DNA of 64,000 nucleotides from an uncultured Candidatus Saccharibacteria bacterium (GTDB lineage: Bacteria; Patescibacteriota; Andersenbacteria; UBA10190), in the NCBI GenBank assembly GCA_964610055.1, contig CAZSUC010000001.1:6021-70020 (forward strand), given 5' to 3'. Of this stretch, positions 37,255-47,951 are shown in pieces. Each line of letters starts with the position of its first letter. The first letter of the stretch is position 1. The position numbers and the translations under genes were made by a program. The notes beneath the pieces were generated by a model. The model was given only the letters and a program-made list of their open reading frames with translations, did no database searches and was not told the origin of the DNA.

Positions 37255-40200
37255 CTACTCTCCTTTTTCTGTTTCAGTTTCTGCAACAGTAGCAGGTTCT
37301 TCTGCGGTCACCACAACATTTTCATCTCGTACTACTTCTTGCTGACGAGCAGCTGCCTGAGCTTCCTCTACTAATCGCGTCGCGCCACGATAACCTGTAC
37401 CGACCGGAATCAAACGTCCGATAATTACGTTCTCTTTCAAGCCAAGCAACATGTCCTCGCGCCCTGTCACAGCCGCATCAATCAAAGTTCTTGCCGTTTC
37501 CATAAATGAAGCCGCCGCCAAGAAACTATTTGTCGTCAAAGATACTTTCGTGATTCCGAGTAATAAACGCTCTCCCACCGCAGGCTGTTTTCCTTCGGCT
37601 TCTGCCTCTGCATTAGCCTGCAAGAAAGCTTGAATCTCTACTACTCTCCCTGGTGGCAATTGTGTGTCTCCAGCGTCTTTAATTCGAATTCGAGACAGCA
37701 TCTGTCGCACAATTATTTCCAAGTGCTTATCGTTAATTGTTTCACCTTGAATACCATACACTTGTTGTACTTCTTTCAAGATGTAATGCTGCACGGATCG
37801 CACACCGGCATTATTAAATAATTCTTGCACATTCAAGTGTCCTTCAGTTAACTGCTGCCCAGAAACAACTTCACTTCCATCTTCTACTTCTAACGATACA
37901 TTACCCGGCACTCTAAACTCCACAACATCTTTATCCCGTCCACGAATCGACAACACATTATCTTTGATAGTTACGGTTCCACTAAAAGGAGCTGTAATCT
38001 TCTCAGCTTCTACGCTAGTAAACAACAACTCTCCTTCTTTAACACTCTTGCCTGATTCTATATCTTTGGCTAATTGTGCCCCCACCGTATCAAACTTTCG
38101 ATTTTTCGTCCCTTTGCTTGTTACGGTTACAACTATTTCTTTGCCCTCAGCTTTAACCGTTACCACTCCATCAATCGGACTCATAATCGCCTCACCTTTA
38201 GGCTGACGCGCTTCAAAAAGTTCTTCTACCCGCGGTAACCCCTGAGTAATATCATCTCCTCCGACACCACCAGAATGGAACGTTCTCATAGTCAACTGGG
38301 TTCCTGGCTCACCAATAGCTTGGGCTGCAACCACCCCAACCGCTTCTCCGATCTCAACCGCCTTATTCTTCCCCAAATCCCAGCCATAACATTGCTGACA
38401 AATTCCTCGTGGCGACTTACATGTTACCACTGAACGAATCGTCACTTCGTCTACATCTAATTTATCAATTTCAGCTGCTTCTTTTTCACCAATCATTGTT
38501 CCTCGTGACAACACTGTTTTCCCTGTCTTTGGATCTTTAATACCTTCCGCTAAAACTCGTCCCGTTACTCGCTGTCCTAAGCTAATACCTACTTCTTCGC
38601 TATCTTGTTTCGTAATGACTGCTCCTTCCGTGTCCTGACAATCCTCTTCTCGAATTACAACATCCTGCGCTACGTTTACTAACCGCCGCGTCAAATATCC
38701 AGCCGAGGCTGTTCTCAAAGCAGTGTCAGCCATACCCTTACGAGTACCGTGAGTTGACAAGAAGTATTCCAGCGCTGTGAATCCTTCTTTAAAGCTACTT
38801 TTAATCGGTAATTCTTCAACCCGACCAGTCGGACCAGCAACTGTTCCTTTCATACCAGTCATCTGCAAAGTCTGTCCCCAGCTTCCTCTCGCTCCTGAAC
38901 TTACCATCGCGAATACTGATCCTCTTGGATCCAACGCAGCTTGAGTCTGCTTGCCCATTTCTTCTCGAGCTCGATCCCATACCGCCACTGTCATTTTATA
39001 TCGCTCATCGTTTGTCAATAATCCGTTGTCATACTGCTCTCGAATTGTCGCTACTTCTTTTTCGGCTCTCACAATAATTTCTTCCTTTGCTTCCGGAGTT
39101 TTAAGATCTAACATCCCCCATGACAGACCACTCAAAGTTGCAAACTTGAATCCTAAGTCTTTCATCCGGTCAATTAACGCTGCCGCTTGCTCAGACCCAT
39201 AATGATTTAACACGTCAGCAATCACACGCTTTAATCGTCCCTTATCAAACGTTTCGTTAATAAACTTATAATCTCTCGGCAAAATCTCCGCGAAGATCAA
39301 ACGACCAACAGTTGTTTCGATAATCTCGGCCGATTCACTAGGTTGATCCGGATGTGGCACTTTAATTAGTGCATTTACCGCTAAATCATCTAGCTCAAAC
39401 GCAGCTAACGCTTCTTCAACTGATGAGAAATAACGTCCTTCGCCTTTCATTTCTGGCACTGGACATGTCATATGGTATACCCCTAAGACAACGTCTTGAG
39501 TTGCTGCTGTTGAGGGACGACCATCAGCCGGCTTTAACAAATTATGACTCGCTAACATGACGTTTTTAGCTTCGTATTGCGCCTGAGCCGACAATGGTAC
39601 GTGTACCGCCATTTGGTCACCATCGAAATCAGCGTTAAACGGTACCGTCACCATCGGATGAATCTGGATTGCTTTTCCTTCAATTAAAATTGGTTGAAAA
39701 GCTTGAATCCCCAACCGGTGCAAAGTCGGTGCCCGGTTTAACATAACCGTGTGCTTCTTAGTTACCTCTTCCAACGAATCCCACACTTCTGGAATTGCCT
39801 GTTCAATCAAGCGACCAGCCGAACGAATATTATGGGCTAACTCACGTTCAATTAATTCATGAATCACAAACGGCTTAAATAGCTCCAAAGCCATTGTTTT
39901 CGGTAAACCACACTGGTGCAATTCCAATTCCGGACCAATAACAATTACCGATCGTCCTGAGTAATCCACCCGCTTACCCAATAAGTTTTGTCGGAATCGT
40001 CCTTGCTTACCCTTTAACATATCCGCCAAGGACTTCAATTGACGCCGTTGCCCTGTTGCGCTCATTGTCGTTGAACCGCGTCGAGCCGAATTATCAATCA
40101 AGGCATCAACTGCTTCCTGTAACATTCTTTTTTCATTGCGCGTGATTACTTCCGGTGCCCCTAATTCCAATAATCGCTTTAACCGATTATTTCTATTAAT

Positions 40201-41199
40201 TACTCTGCGGTATAAGTCATTTAAATCTGATGCAGCAAATCTACCTCCATCTAATTGAACCATTGGTCGCAAATCAGGCGGAATAACCGGCAAAACCGTC
40301 ATTAACATCCATTCTGGTCGAATTCCAACCTTATCCATAGATTGGATTAACGACAAACGTCGCACAATTCTTTTTCTCTCCGCCGCCGACGCATCCTCCA
40401 TCCGCTTAGTCAGATCTTCTGTCATCTGTTTTAAATCAATTCCCTCAAAAATAGTTCTGATCGCTTCTGAACCAATTCCTGCTTTAAACACATGCCCGTA
40501 CTTCAAGGACAGATCTCGAAACTCTCCTTCTGAAATGATTTGATAGCGATGCAAACTTTCTAATTGTTCTTTTGCAGCAGTAATAGCTTCATCTAACTTC
40601 TGTAATTGTTCGCGCTCTTCTTTAACTAATTTCTCCTTGCGCTCCTCTCTGTCTGAAGCATCTTTTGGTAACTGTCCTCGCAATTGTCTATATCCTTGTT
40701 TCACCGCTGCGCGCTTTGACTCCGCTTCTCGTCCTAATCGATCCAGTACTTCTTGTCGTGCATTCTCATCAACATCCGTAACAATATATGATGCAAAATA
40801 AATCACCTTTTCTAATTGTGACACGTTAATATCCAGCAGCAGTCCCATCTTAGACGGCACACCTCGTAAGAACCAAATATGAGACACTGGAGTCGCCAAT
40901 TTAATATGTCCCATTCGCTCACGACGAACAATTGACCGCGTTACTTCCACTCCGCATTTATCACAAATGATTCCCTTGTACCGAATACGACGGTATTTTC
41001 CACACGAGCATTCCCAGTCTTTCACTGGCCCAAAAATTCGCTCATCAAATAAACCTTCTTTTTCTGGTTTTTGGGTTCGATAGTTAATTGTTTCCGGTTT
41101 TGTCACCTCTCCGTGTGACCACTCTAAAATACGGTCGGGCGAGGCTAAGGTTAATCGAACTGAATCGAACATTGTTTCTTGTTGTTGTATAGGTTCCAT
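37255..41199 (-). CDS. rpoC: DNA-directed RNA polymerase subunit beta'
   Basis: 1314 aa, NADFDGD catalytic motif, zinc-binding Cys, trigger loop. Confidence 0.95.
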   Translation of the reverse strand: MEPIQQQETMFDSVRLTLASPDRILEWSHGEVTKPETINYRTQKPEKEGLFDERIFGPVKDWECSCGKYRRIRYKGIICDKCGVEVTRSIVRRERMGHIKLATPVSHIWFLRGVPSKMGLLLDINVSQLEKVIYFASYIVTDVDENARQEVLDRLGREAESKRAAVKQGYRQLRGQLPKDASDREERKEKLVKEEREQLQKLDEAITAAKEQLESLHRYQIISEGEFRDLSLKYGHVFKAGIGSEAIRTIFEGIDLKQMTEDLTKRMEDASAAERKRIVRRLSLIQSMDKVGIRPEWMLMTVLPVIPPDLRPMVQLDGGRFAASDLNDLYRRVINRNNRLKRLLELGAPEVITRNEKRMLQEAVDALIDNSARRGSTTMSATGQRRQLKSLADMLKGKQGRFRQNLLGKRVDYSGRSVIVIGPELELHQCGLPKTMALELFKPFVIHELIERELAHNIRSAGRLIEQAIPEVWDSLEEVTKKHTVMLNRAPTLHRLGIQAFQPILIEGKAIQIHPMVTVPFNADFDGDQMAVHVPLSAQAQYEAKNVMLASHNLLKPADGRPSTAATQDVVLGVYHMTCPVPEMKGEGRYFSSVEEALAAFELDDLAVNALIKVPHPDQPSESAEIIETTVGRLIFAEILPRDYKFINETFDKGRLKRVIADVLNHYGSEQAAALIDRMKDLGFKFATLSGLSWGMLDLKTPEAKEEIIVRAEKEVATIREQYDNGLLTNDERYKMTVAVWDRAREEMGKQTQAALDPRGSVFAMVSSGARGSWGQTLQMTGMKGTVAGPTGRVEELPIKSSFKEGFTALEYFLSTHGTRKGMADTALRTASAGYLTRRLVNVAQDVVIREEDCQDTEGAVITKQDSEEVGISLGQRVTGRVLAEGIKDPKTGKTVLSRGTMIGEKEAAEIDKLDVDEVTIRSVVTCKSPRGICQQCYGWDLGKNKAVEIGEAVGVVAAQAIGEPGTQLTMRTFHSGGVGGDDITQGLPRVEELFEARQPKGEAIMSPIDGVVTVKAEGKEIVVTVTSKGTKNRKFDTVGAQLAKDIESGKSVKEGELLFTSVEAEKITAPFSGTVTIKDNVLSIRGRDKDVVEFRVPGNVSLEVEDGSEVVSGQQLTEGHLNVQELFNNAGVRSVQHYILKEVQQVYGIQGETINDKHLEIIVRQMLSRIRIKDAGDTQLPPGRVVEIQAFLQANAEAEAEGKQPAVGERLLLGITKVSLTTNSFLAAASFMETARTLIDAAVTGREDMLLGLKENVIIGRLIPVGTGYRGATRLVEEAQAAARQQEVVRDENVVVTAEEPATVAETETEKGE

Positions 41200-41216
41200 A
41201 AGTCTTTCCTCCTAAA

Positions 41217-44200
41217 TTAACGTATGCGCGGTTGTTTAGATCTGGCCGTCCGCGCCGCATCTCGGTCGACTCCGACATGTTCGGTTTGGATCTCTTGTTC
41301 TTCAGCGCGTTTTCCTACTAATTCAACATCTAGCGCCAATCCTTTAAGTTCTTGTACTAAGACATCAAATGCAGCTGGTGCATGCGGCGTTCGAATTGGC
41401 TCTCCTTTCACAATTGCCTCATATGTTTTACTGCGCCCAACTACATCATCTGACTTAATTGTTAACATTTCTTGTAAAGTGTAAGCTGCTCCGTACGCTT
41501 CCAATGCCCATACTTCCATCTCTCCAAACCGCTGGCCACCAAACTGTGCTTTTCCTCCTAATGGCTGCTGCGTTACTAATGAGTACGGTCCTGTTGAACG
41601 CATATGAATCTTGTCCTCAACTAAGTGATGCAACTTTAGAATATACATCACCCCTACTGTTACTGGGTTATCAAACTTTTCACCGGATAAACCATCGTAC
41701 AATTCAACTTTTCCGTTCTCAGGTAAACCCGCTTTCTTTAGTTCTTCTTTAATTGTTTCTTCCGCAACCCCGGCAAACGGCGCTGAGGCCACGTAATAAT
41801 CCAAGCGTTCTGCTGCAATACCTAAATGTGTTTCCAAAATCTGACCAATATTCATACGACTTGCGACTCCCATTGGATTCAACACGATATCAACTGGTGT
41901 TCCATCCTCTAAGAACGGCATATCTTCTACTGGCACCACTTTAGAAATAACACCTTTATTACCGTGCCGTCCGGCAAATTTATCTCCTACTTGCAACTTT
42001 CTAATTTGCGCAACACTTACTTGAACCTGCTTGATAACTCCACTCGGCAATTTATCTCCGTCTTCTCGTGAAAATATCTTTACGTCCACAACTTTTCCTT
42101 CTTGGCCGTGACGCAAATACAATGATGTATCTTTAACATCTTTTGCTTTTTCACCAAAGATCGCTCGCAATAACCGCTCTTCAGCCGTTAAATCAGTCTC
42201 ACCTTTATTAGTCACTTTTCCAACCAAAATATCACCTGATCGCACTTCCGCTCCGATCCGCACAATTCCTTCTTCATCTAAATTACGCAGCTTTTCCTCA
42301 CTTACATTTGGAATATCACGTGTTACAACTTCTGGACCTAACTTTGTATCCCGCACATCTACTACAAAATCCTCAATATGAATCGAGCTATATCGGTCAT
42401 CACTCACTACTCGCTCCGACACCACGATAGCATCTTCAAAATTACCGCCATACCACGGAATAAAGGCAACTAATAAGTTTTGTCCTAAGGCTAGTTCTCC
42501 TTTTTCCGTGGATGATCCATCCGCAATTACATCCCCCTTCTTTACCTTTTGTCCCGGTTCAACTAATACTCTCTGCAGCAATGCCGTTGATTGATTACTT
42601 CTCAAGAAATTATACAACCGGAAGATATGTTTCTCCTTCTTTTCATCGTCAATTACCGTGATGTGTTTTCCATCCGCTTCCACCACTGTTCCGTTCACTG
42701 TTGAAACAACTACTTGACCAGAATCAACCGCAGCTCGATGCTCCATTCCCGTTCCAATTCGCGGCGCCTGCGGCATAATTGATGGAACCGCCTGACGTTG
42801 CATATTCGATCCCATCAACGCCCGCTGGGCATCATCATGCTCAATAAACGGAATTAAACTACTAGCCAATGACACCATCTGGCTAGTCGAAACATCCATG
42901 TAATTAATTTCTTTCGGGTCAACGGCTGAGAACTGGCCACGTGCGCGCACTTCTACCATCTCATTCACAAACTCGCCGTTATTTTTTATTGGTTCACCGG
43001 CATGTGCAATCACCATTTTATCTTCCCGATATGCGTCTAAATATTCCACTTCTTCCGTTACTTTTCCGTTAGTCACCTTACGATATGGCGTCTCTAAAAA
43101 TCCGTATTCATTGATTCTGGCATATAAAGCCATATGTCCCACCAATCCAATATTTGGACCTTCTGGCGACTGAATCGGACAGATTCGACCATAATGACTT
43201 CGGTGTACGTCTCGAACCTCGAATCCTGCTCGATGCCGATCCAAGCCCCCTGGACCCATCGCTGACAAACGACGCTTATTTTCTACTTCAGACAACAAAT
43301 TGGTCTGATCCATAAATTGCGACAACTGAGAACTTGTGAAAAATTCTTTAATGGCCGCAATAATCGGTCGTGCGTTAATCAGTTGTGCTGGTGTCACTGT
43401 TTCCAAATCTAAAGTACTCATTCGATCTTTGGCAATCCGCTCCATTCGCATCAATCCGACTCGAAACTTATTCTGAATTAACTCTCCCACGGCTCGCACT
43501 CGTCGATTACCTAAATGATCAATATCGTCCGCTGCTTCTTGTGTTACGTTTAATCGAATTACTTCGCGTACTGTTGCAATCAAATCTTCTAATCGGAAAA
43601 TACGACTTTCCGGATCTTCTGATACGCTCATTTCTAACCGCTGATTCATGCGATAGCGTCCCACTCGGCCAAAGTCATATCGATCAAATCTGAAAAACAT
43701 ATCATGCACCATCTGTCGCGCATTATCTGCCGTCGCTAAATCTCCCGGACGCAAACGTCGGTATACTTCTTTTAATCCTTCATCCTGAGTTTTAGTTGTA
43801 TCACGTGCTAACGTTGCATCCACATATGAAATTTCCTTATCAACGTCTACATCTTGCAGCGCTTTTTTAATTTCTTCATTTGTTGTTAACCCTAGTGCTC
43901 GGAATAATGCTGATGCAGCTAATTTACGTTTGCGATCAATCTTCACGTAAATTGCCCCGTCCATCGCCGTTTCTACCTCTAACCACGCTCCCCGGTTAGG
44001 AATAATTTTTGCCCCATACCAATTTCGTCCTCGCGCACTTGCTGACGTGAAAAATACGCCCGGTGAGCGTATTAACTGTGAAACCACAACTCTTTCAACA
44101 CCATTAATAATAAAGGTGCCGCGCGGTGTCATTACTGGAAATTCTCCTAAATAAACCTCTTGTTCTTTCACCTCTCCCGTCTTCTTATTAACCAAACGCA

Positions 44201-44495
44201 CCGCTGAACGTAGCGGAGCTTCATAGGTTGCATTTCGATCACGTGCTGTTTCTTCCGTATGCTTCGGTGCATCTAAATAATGATCCAAAAATTGTAATTC
44301 TAAATTACCAGCGTAATCAGTAATCGGTGAAATTTCGGCAAACAGTTCACCTAGACCCTGCTGGAAAAACCAATCGTAAGACTCTAATTGAGCCTGAAGT
44401 AAATAATTAAAATTGATTGCGCTTACTGGCTGGCTTGTAAATGATTCCCGCTTACGCACTGCGGAACCATGGGGAGAGGAATTGGTTTTTAGCAT
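41217..44495 (-). CDS. rpoB: DNA-directed RNA polymerase subunit beta
   Basis: 1092 aa, conserved rpoB blocks. Confidence 0.95.
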   Translation of the reverse strand: MLKTNSSPHGSAVRKRESFTSQPVSAINFNYLLQAQLESYDWFFQQGLGELFAEISPITDYAGNLELQFLDHYLDAPKHTEETARDRNATYEAPLRSAVRLVNKKTGEVKEQEVYLGEFPVMTPRGTFIINGVERVVVSQLIRSPGVFFTSASARGRNWYGAKIIPNRGAWLEVETAMDGAIYVKIDRKRKLAASALFRALGLTTNEEIKKALQDVDVDKEISYVDATLARDTTKTQDEGLKEVYRRLRPGDLATADNARQMVHDMFFRFDRYDFGRVGRYRMNQRLEMSVSEDPESRIFRLEDLIATVREVIRLNVTQEAADDIDHLGNRRVRAVGELIQNKFRVGLMRMERIAKDRMSTLDLETVTPAQLINARPIIAAIKEFFTSSQLSQFMDQTNLLSEVENKRRLSAMGPGGLDRHRAGFEVRDVHRSHYGRICPIQSPEGPNIGLVGHMALYARINEYGFLETPYRKVTNGKVTEEVEYLDAYREDKMVIAHAGEPIKNNGEFVNEMVEVRARGQFSAVDPKEINYMDVSTSQMVSLASSLIPFIEHDDAQRALMGSNMQRQAVPSIMPQAPRIGTGMEHRAAVDSGQVVVSTVNGTVVEADGKHITVIDDEKKEKHIFRLYNFLRSNQSTALLQRVLVEPGQKVKKGDVIADGSSTEKGELALGQNLLVAFIPWYGGNFEDAIVVSERVVSDDRYSSIHIEDFVVDVRDTKLGPEVVTRDIPNVSEEKLRNLDEEGIVRIGAEVRSGDILVGKVTNKGETDLTAEERLLRAIFGEKAKDVKDTSLYLRHGQEGKVVDVKIFSREDGDKLPSGVIKQVQVSVAQIRKLQVGDKFAGRHGNKGVISKVVPVEDMPFLEDGTPVDIVLNPMGVASRMNIGQILETHLGIAAERLDYYVASAPFAGVAEETIKEELKKAGLPENGKVELYDGLSGEKFDNPVTVGVMYILKLHHLVEDKIHMRSTGPYSLVTQQPLGGKAQFGGQRFGEMEVWALEAYGAAYTLQEMLTIKSDDVVGRSKTYEAIVKGEPIRTPHAPAAFDVLVQELKGLALDVELVGKRAEEQEIQTEHVGVDRDAARTARSKQPRIR

Positions 44496-44789
44496 AAATA
44501 GTTAAATGAGGCGTTAGAACTAAAAAAATTAATCTCACTACTAGATGCCTCTTGAGTTATGCCTTACAGTCAACCAACTCCCTTCTCGACTACATCATTT
44601 ATCGTAAAAACCCCAAGAAAAGTTACGGCTTGCGGAGCTACCTACCGGGCGAAGCAATTTGCTCTTCAAGGTGTAACTAATACCTTGCGCCCATTATTCG
44701 CACTCCACTATTATTTTTTGACTACATGCACACAAATAACACTCGTCTTACGACGATTACTTGAGTATATGCGTAAAAAAAATCACTTG

Positions 44790-45167
44790 TCAAGAGTTTT
44801 TGTCCAAATAATACCTTACTTGAGCCACCTCTTTGACTTTTTCTTGATTTAATTGTATAATTAAAGAATCAATCTCGCCGGCTTCTAATTCCACCACCGG
44901 AATTCTCCATCCCAACGCCAACGCATTTGCTATTGTTACTCCGGTCCTAACTCCCATAGTTCGATTTCTCGCTGTTGCCACCACCCCAATTCGGTCTAAT
45001 TCCGCTCCTTCAATATTTAGCTTATTTAAAGCATTTTTTAAAATTTCTAAAACTAACTTCGTTGTCACTTTATTATTTTTTCCTCTTTCTTGAGCCAAAA
45101 CTTCTGTATCTTTAACTAATACCACTGTAATCTCCTCTCCCGAGGTATCAATTAAAACTCCTGTCAT
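44790..45167 (-). CDS. tsaB: tRNA threonylcarbamoyladenosine biosynthesis protein TsaB (YeaZ), truncated 125-aa form
   Basis: MTGVLIDTSGEEITVVLV... and ARNRTMGVRTGVTIANALALG match the TsaB GPGSFTGxRIGxxxAxGLAL region. The C-terminal half is missing. Confidence 0.5.
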   Translation of the reverse strand: MTGVLIDTSGEEITVVLVKDTEVLAQERGKNNKVTTKLVLEILKNALNKLNIEGAELDRIGVVATARNRTMGVRTGVTIANALALGWRIPVVELEAGEIDSLIIQLNQEKVKEVAQVRYYLDKNS

Positions 45168-46351
45168 ATTTTACGATTTAATACATCTAATACGACCTGC
45201 TTCTCATTCCAAGGCACTATCTTATGTCCTATTGCCATCCCTGTTTCCGCCCCCTTACCAGTCACCACTATAGTGTCTCCTGCCTGGGCTTGCTCAATAC
45301 AATATTGAATCGCTTCTCGTCGATCTGTAATCCTCTGCCACGGAATCTTGGCTTCTTTTAGACCTTCTTCTAAATCCTGAAAAATTTGCTCTTCGTCTTC
45401 TGTCCAAGGATCTTCTCGCGTCAACACTAACTCATCGGCTCGTTCCGCCACCGCTGCCGACATTAACGGTCTTTTTCCTCGATCTCGCAAACCACAAGCC
45501 CCTAATATTCCCCATACTTTTCCTTCGGTCTTTACTCTGACATCATCGTATAATCGCTCCAACGCATCCGGTGTTACTGCATAGTCAATTAAAATAGCTG
45601 GCTTATTTCCTTGTCTAATCCACTCCATTCTTCCCGGCACCACCTTTACGTAATTAATCCCCGCTTTTATTTTATCCGCGGTAATACCAACGGCTTCCGC
45701 CGCTAACTTAACAGCCGCTGCGTTCTCCTGATTAAAAGACCCTAATAAATGTGTCTCAACATTTTTTGCCTGCTCACTTGTCCATTGCTCTGTTTTTATC
45801 CCTTTCTCTTTTGCCTGTAATAAAATTTCCTTTACCAACTTATCATCCCCCTTCCCCACTAAAATTCCATCCGCTTCTAGCATGTTTACAATTTTAGCTT
45901 TTGCGAGCGCATATTCTTTCATCGTCCCATGATAGTCTAAGTGCTCTCGCGCAATATTAGTTATAATCGCAACCCGAAAACGTAATCCCGCTAATCTATG
46001 CTGATCCAACGCATGTGAAGTCACTTCTAATACAGCTTTCTCCACTCCCGCGTTCACCATTTTGCGCAAATATTTCATCACCACCGCACTTTTTAATGTC
46101 GTCATTTTACTTTCATTAACTTCCGTTTTCTCTCCCACTCGAAAAGACACCGTTGTCAGCATACCAACTTTATCCGCACCAAACGCTTCCTCCAAAACAC
46201 TCGTTAAAATATAGCAAGTAGTTGTCTTTCCGTTTGTTCCTGTCACCCCATGCAGAACCAATTTTTTATCTGGCCAACGATAATAAGCCCGCCACCATTG
46301 CGCTCGCACCCAATGCAACAAATTTTTAATTTTTTGCCAGGCTCGTATCAT
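45164..46351 (-). CDS. Mur ligase family protein (MurE/MurF-like), short form lacking the N-terminal domain
   Basis: GVTGTNGKTTT P-loop and the Mur ligase central and C-terminal domains, 395 aa. Confidence 0.6.
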   Translation of the reverse strand: MIRAWQKIKNLLHWVRAQWWRAYYRWPDKKLVLHGVTGTNGKTTTCYILTSVLEEAFGADKVGMLTTVSFRVGEKTEVNESKMTTLKSAVVMKYLRKMVNAGVEKAVLEVTSHALDQHRLAGLRFRVAIITNIAREHLDYHGTMKEYALAKAKIVNMLEADGILVGKGDDKLVKEILLQAKEKGIKTEQWTSEQAKNVETHLLGSFNQENAAAVKLAAEAVGITADKIKAGINYVKVVPGRMEWIRQGNKPAILIDYAVTPDALERLYDDVRVKTEGKVWGILGACGLRDRGKRPLMSAAVAERADELVLTREDPWTEDEEQIFQDLEEGLKEAKIPWQRITDRREAIQYCIEQAQAGDTIVVTGKGAETGMAIGHKIVPWNEKQVVLDVLNRKI

Positions 46352-47295
46352 ACTAACCGTCGTCCTAATTTATATAACTCATACCATCCCTTCTTGACCG
46401 GATAATCCAGCGCATCTGGATAATCTATTCTTTGCCCGCCAAACCCCAACTTAAATCGTGTAATTCCAGCCCAGGGATGTGTTTTATCCGCATTTTCCGG
46501 AGCCACTCCATAAAAATCGTACTGCCTCATTCCCTGTTCCTGAGCTCGTTTAATCGAATTCCATTGCAATAAAACTGGCGCCATTACCGAACGTGATAGG
46601 GAAGAGCTCGCTCCATGAACATAAGTTGTCACCCCGCCATAGTTAACCAAGACATGAGCCGCTAATGGTTGATCGTTTAAATACGCCACTCCAATTTCGC
46701 ATAATCCAGCAGGGGAGAGCACACTCTGCATTTTGCGGTAATAATCATCTGGATGAAATTTAAACTCACTGCGTTCTTCTACCTCTCGACTTAATTGCAA
46801 AAAAACATCCACCATCTTCTCACCCGCCGCAAACTCTGTTCGCACTCCTTTTCGTTCCGCCAGTCTAATATTATATCTTGTTTTTTGATGCATCCCATTT
46901 AATAATTCCTCTTCTCTTTTATGCAAATCTAAAACAACTGTGTGTTGTGGCTGTACTGTTCGCGCTGTTTTCCAGCCCGGTACCTTCCAGCTTGGTTCTA
47001 TTTTTATAAATATCGCCCTTTCTTTATGCGCTAACTCAATCAATGCCCGCTCTAATTCTGGCCATATCTCCTCTGCACACACAAAGCCCCTTGGTACATA
47101 AATCCAATTCAATCCCATCGGCAAATTACGCTGTATCACTACAGCTCCCGCAATTAATTTATTTTCTTGACGCACACCTATGCGCCAAACCTTAAATCCA
47201 GCTGCCTCCTGAAAATCACCCCATTCCCAAGATTGTAAAAAAGGGGAGTGTTGGGTTAATTCCTGCCATTCTTTTTTATCTTCAACTATTTCCAT
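46348..47295 (-). CDS. FemAB-family peptidoglycan bridge-formation aminoacyltransferase
   Basis: FLQSWEWGDFQ...IWPELERALIELAHKERAIFIKIEP, a Fem/GNAT-like pattern, adjacent to the Mur ligase. Confidence 0.5.
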   Translation of the reverse strand: MEIVEDKKEWQELTQHSPFLQSWEWGDFQEAAGFKVWRIGVRQENKLIAGAVVIQRNLPMGLNWIYVPRGFVCAEEIWPELERALIELAHKERAIFIKIEPSWKVPGWKTARTVQPQHTVVLDLHKREEELLNGMHQKTRYNIRLAERKGVRTEFAAGEKMVDVFLQLSREVEERSEFKFHPDDYYRKMQSVLSPAGLCEIGVAYLNDQPLAAHVLVNYGGVTTYVHGASSSLSRSVMAPVLLQWNSIKRAQEQGMRQYDFYGVAPENADKTHPWAGITRFKLGFGGQRIDYPDALDYPVKKGWYELYKLGRRLV

Positions 47296-47298
47296 AGT

Positions 47299-47856
47299 TT
47301 ATTTCCCTTGTAACACCTGACGCACAGCTTGCTCAACAGTTTTAATTTCATCCGGCAACTTCTGTACTGCCAATCTGGCCTGCGATTTTGTATATCCCAA
47401 ACTTTCTAGCACTAATAAAGTTTCTTCTTGAATATCCGTCACTGAATTAGCTGTCTGAACACTACCAACTTTACCGGTTAGCTCAACCAAAATTCTTTCC
47501 GCTGTTTTCTTGCCTACGCCAGAAACTTTGGTTAACAACTTCACATCTTTATTCGCTACCGCCTGCTCTAATGTCCGCGGTGGCGCAATATCCAGCACAT
47601 TTAAAGCTGTGCGTGGACCTACGGACGGCACCGTAATCAAGAGCTCAAAATATTGTAGAAGCTCAGGATCATCAAATCCATACAGATTTTCCGCCTCATC
47701 ACTTACTTGGTGATGAATTCGCAATTCTAGCTCTTCCCCTATTTTCGCTCGTGCCATCAAAGAAGCTGGCACTGCCACCCGATACCCCACTCCTTGCACG
47801 TCTAAAACCACCCCCCGTTTTTCAAGCTCTAAAATTTCTCCCTTTAATCTGGCAAT
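47299..47856 (-). CDS. ruvA: Holliday junction DNA helicase RuvA
   Basis: MIARLKGEILELEKRGVVLDVQGVGYRV..., HhH domains and C-terminal domain III. The start is at the internal Met with an AGGGG SD. Confidence 0.85.
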   Translation of the reverse strand: MARLKGEILELEKRGVVLDVQGVGYRVAVPASLMARAKIGEELELRIHHQVSDEAENLYGFDDPELLQYFELLITVPSVGPRTALNVLDIAPPRTLEQAVANKDVKLLTKVSGVGKKTAERILVELTGKVGSVQTANSVTDIQEETLLVLESLGYTKSQARLAVQKLPDEIKTVEQAVRQVLQGK

Positions 47857-47951
47857 CATACTGCCCCTAAAGTATATCACCCTTCCTCAGGACACAATCC
47901 ATTATCACGCTCATGCTTTATAATTTTGTCAAGTAATCCTATGCTTTCCGT

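Noticed and set aside
44559-44852. Plus ORF 44559..44852 in the rpoB leader and tsaB region
   Set aside because: No SD, overlaps the tsaB 3' end, and has a low-complexity composition.
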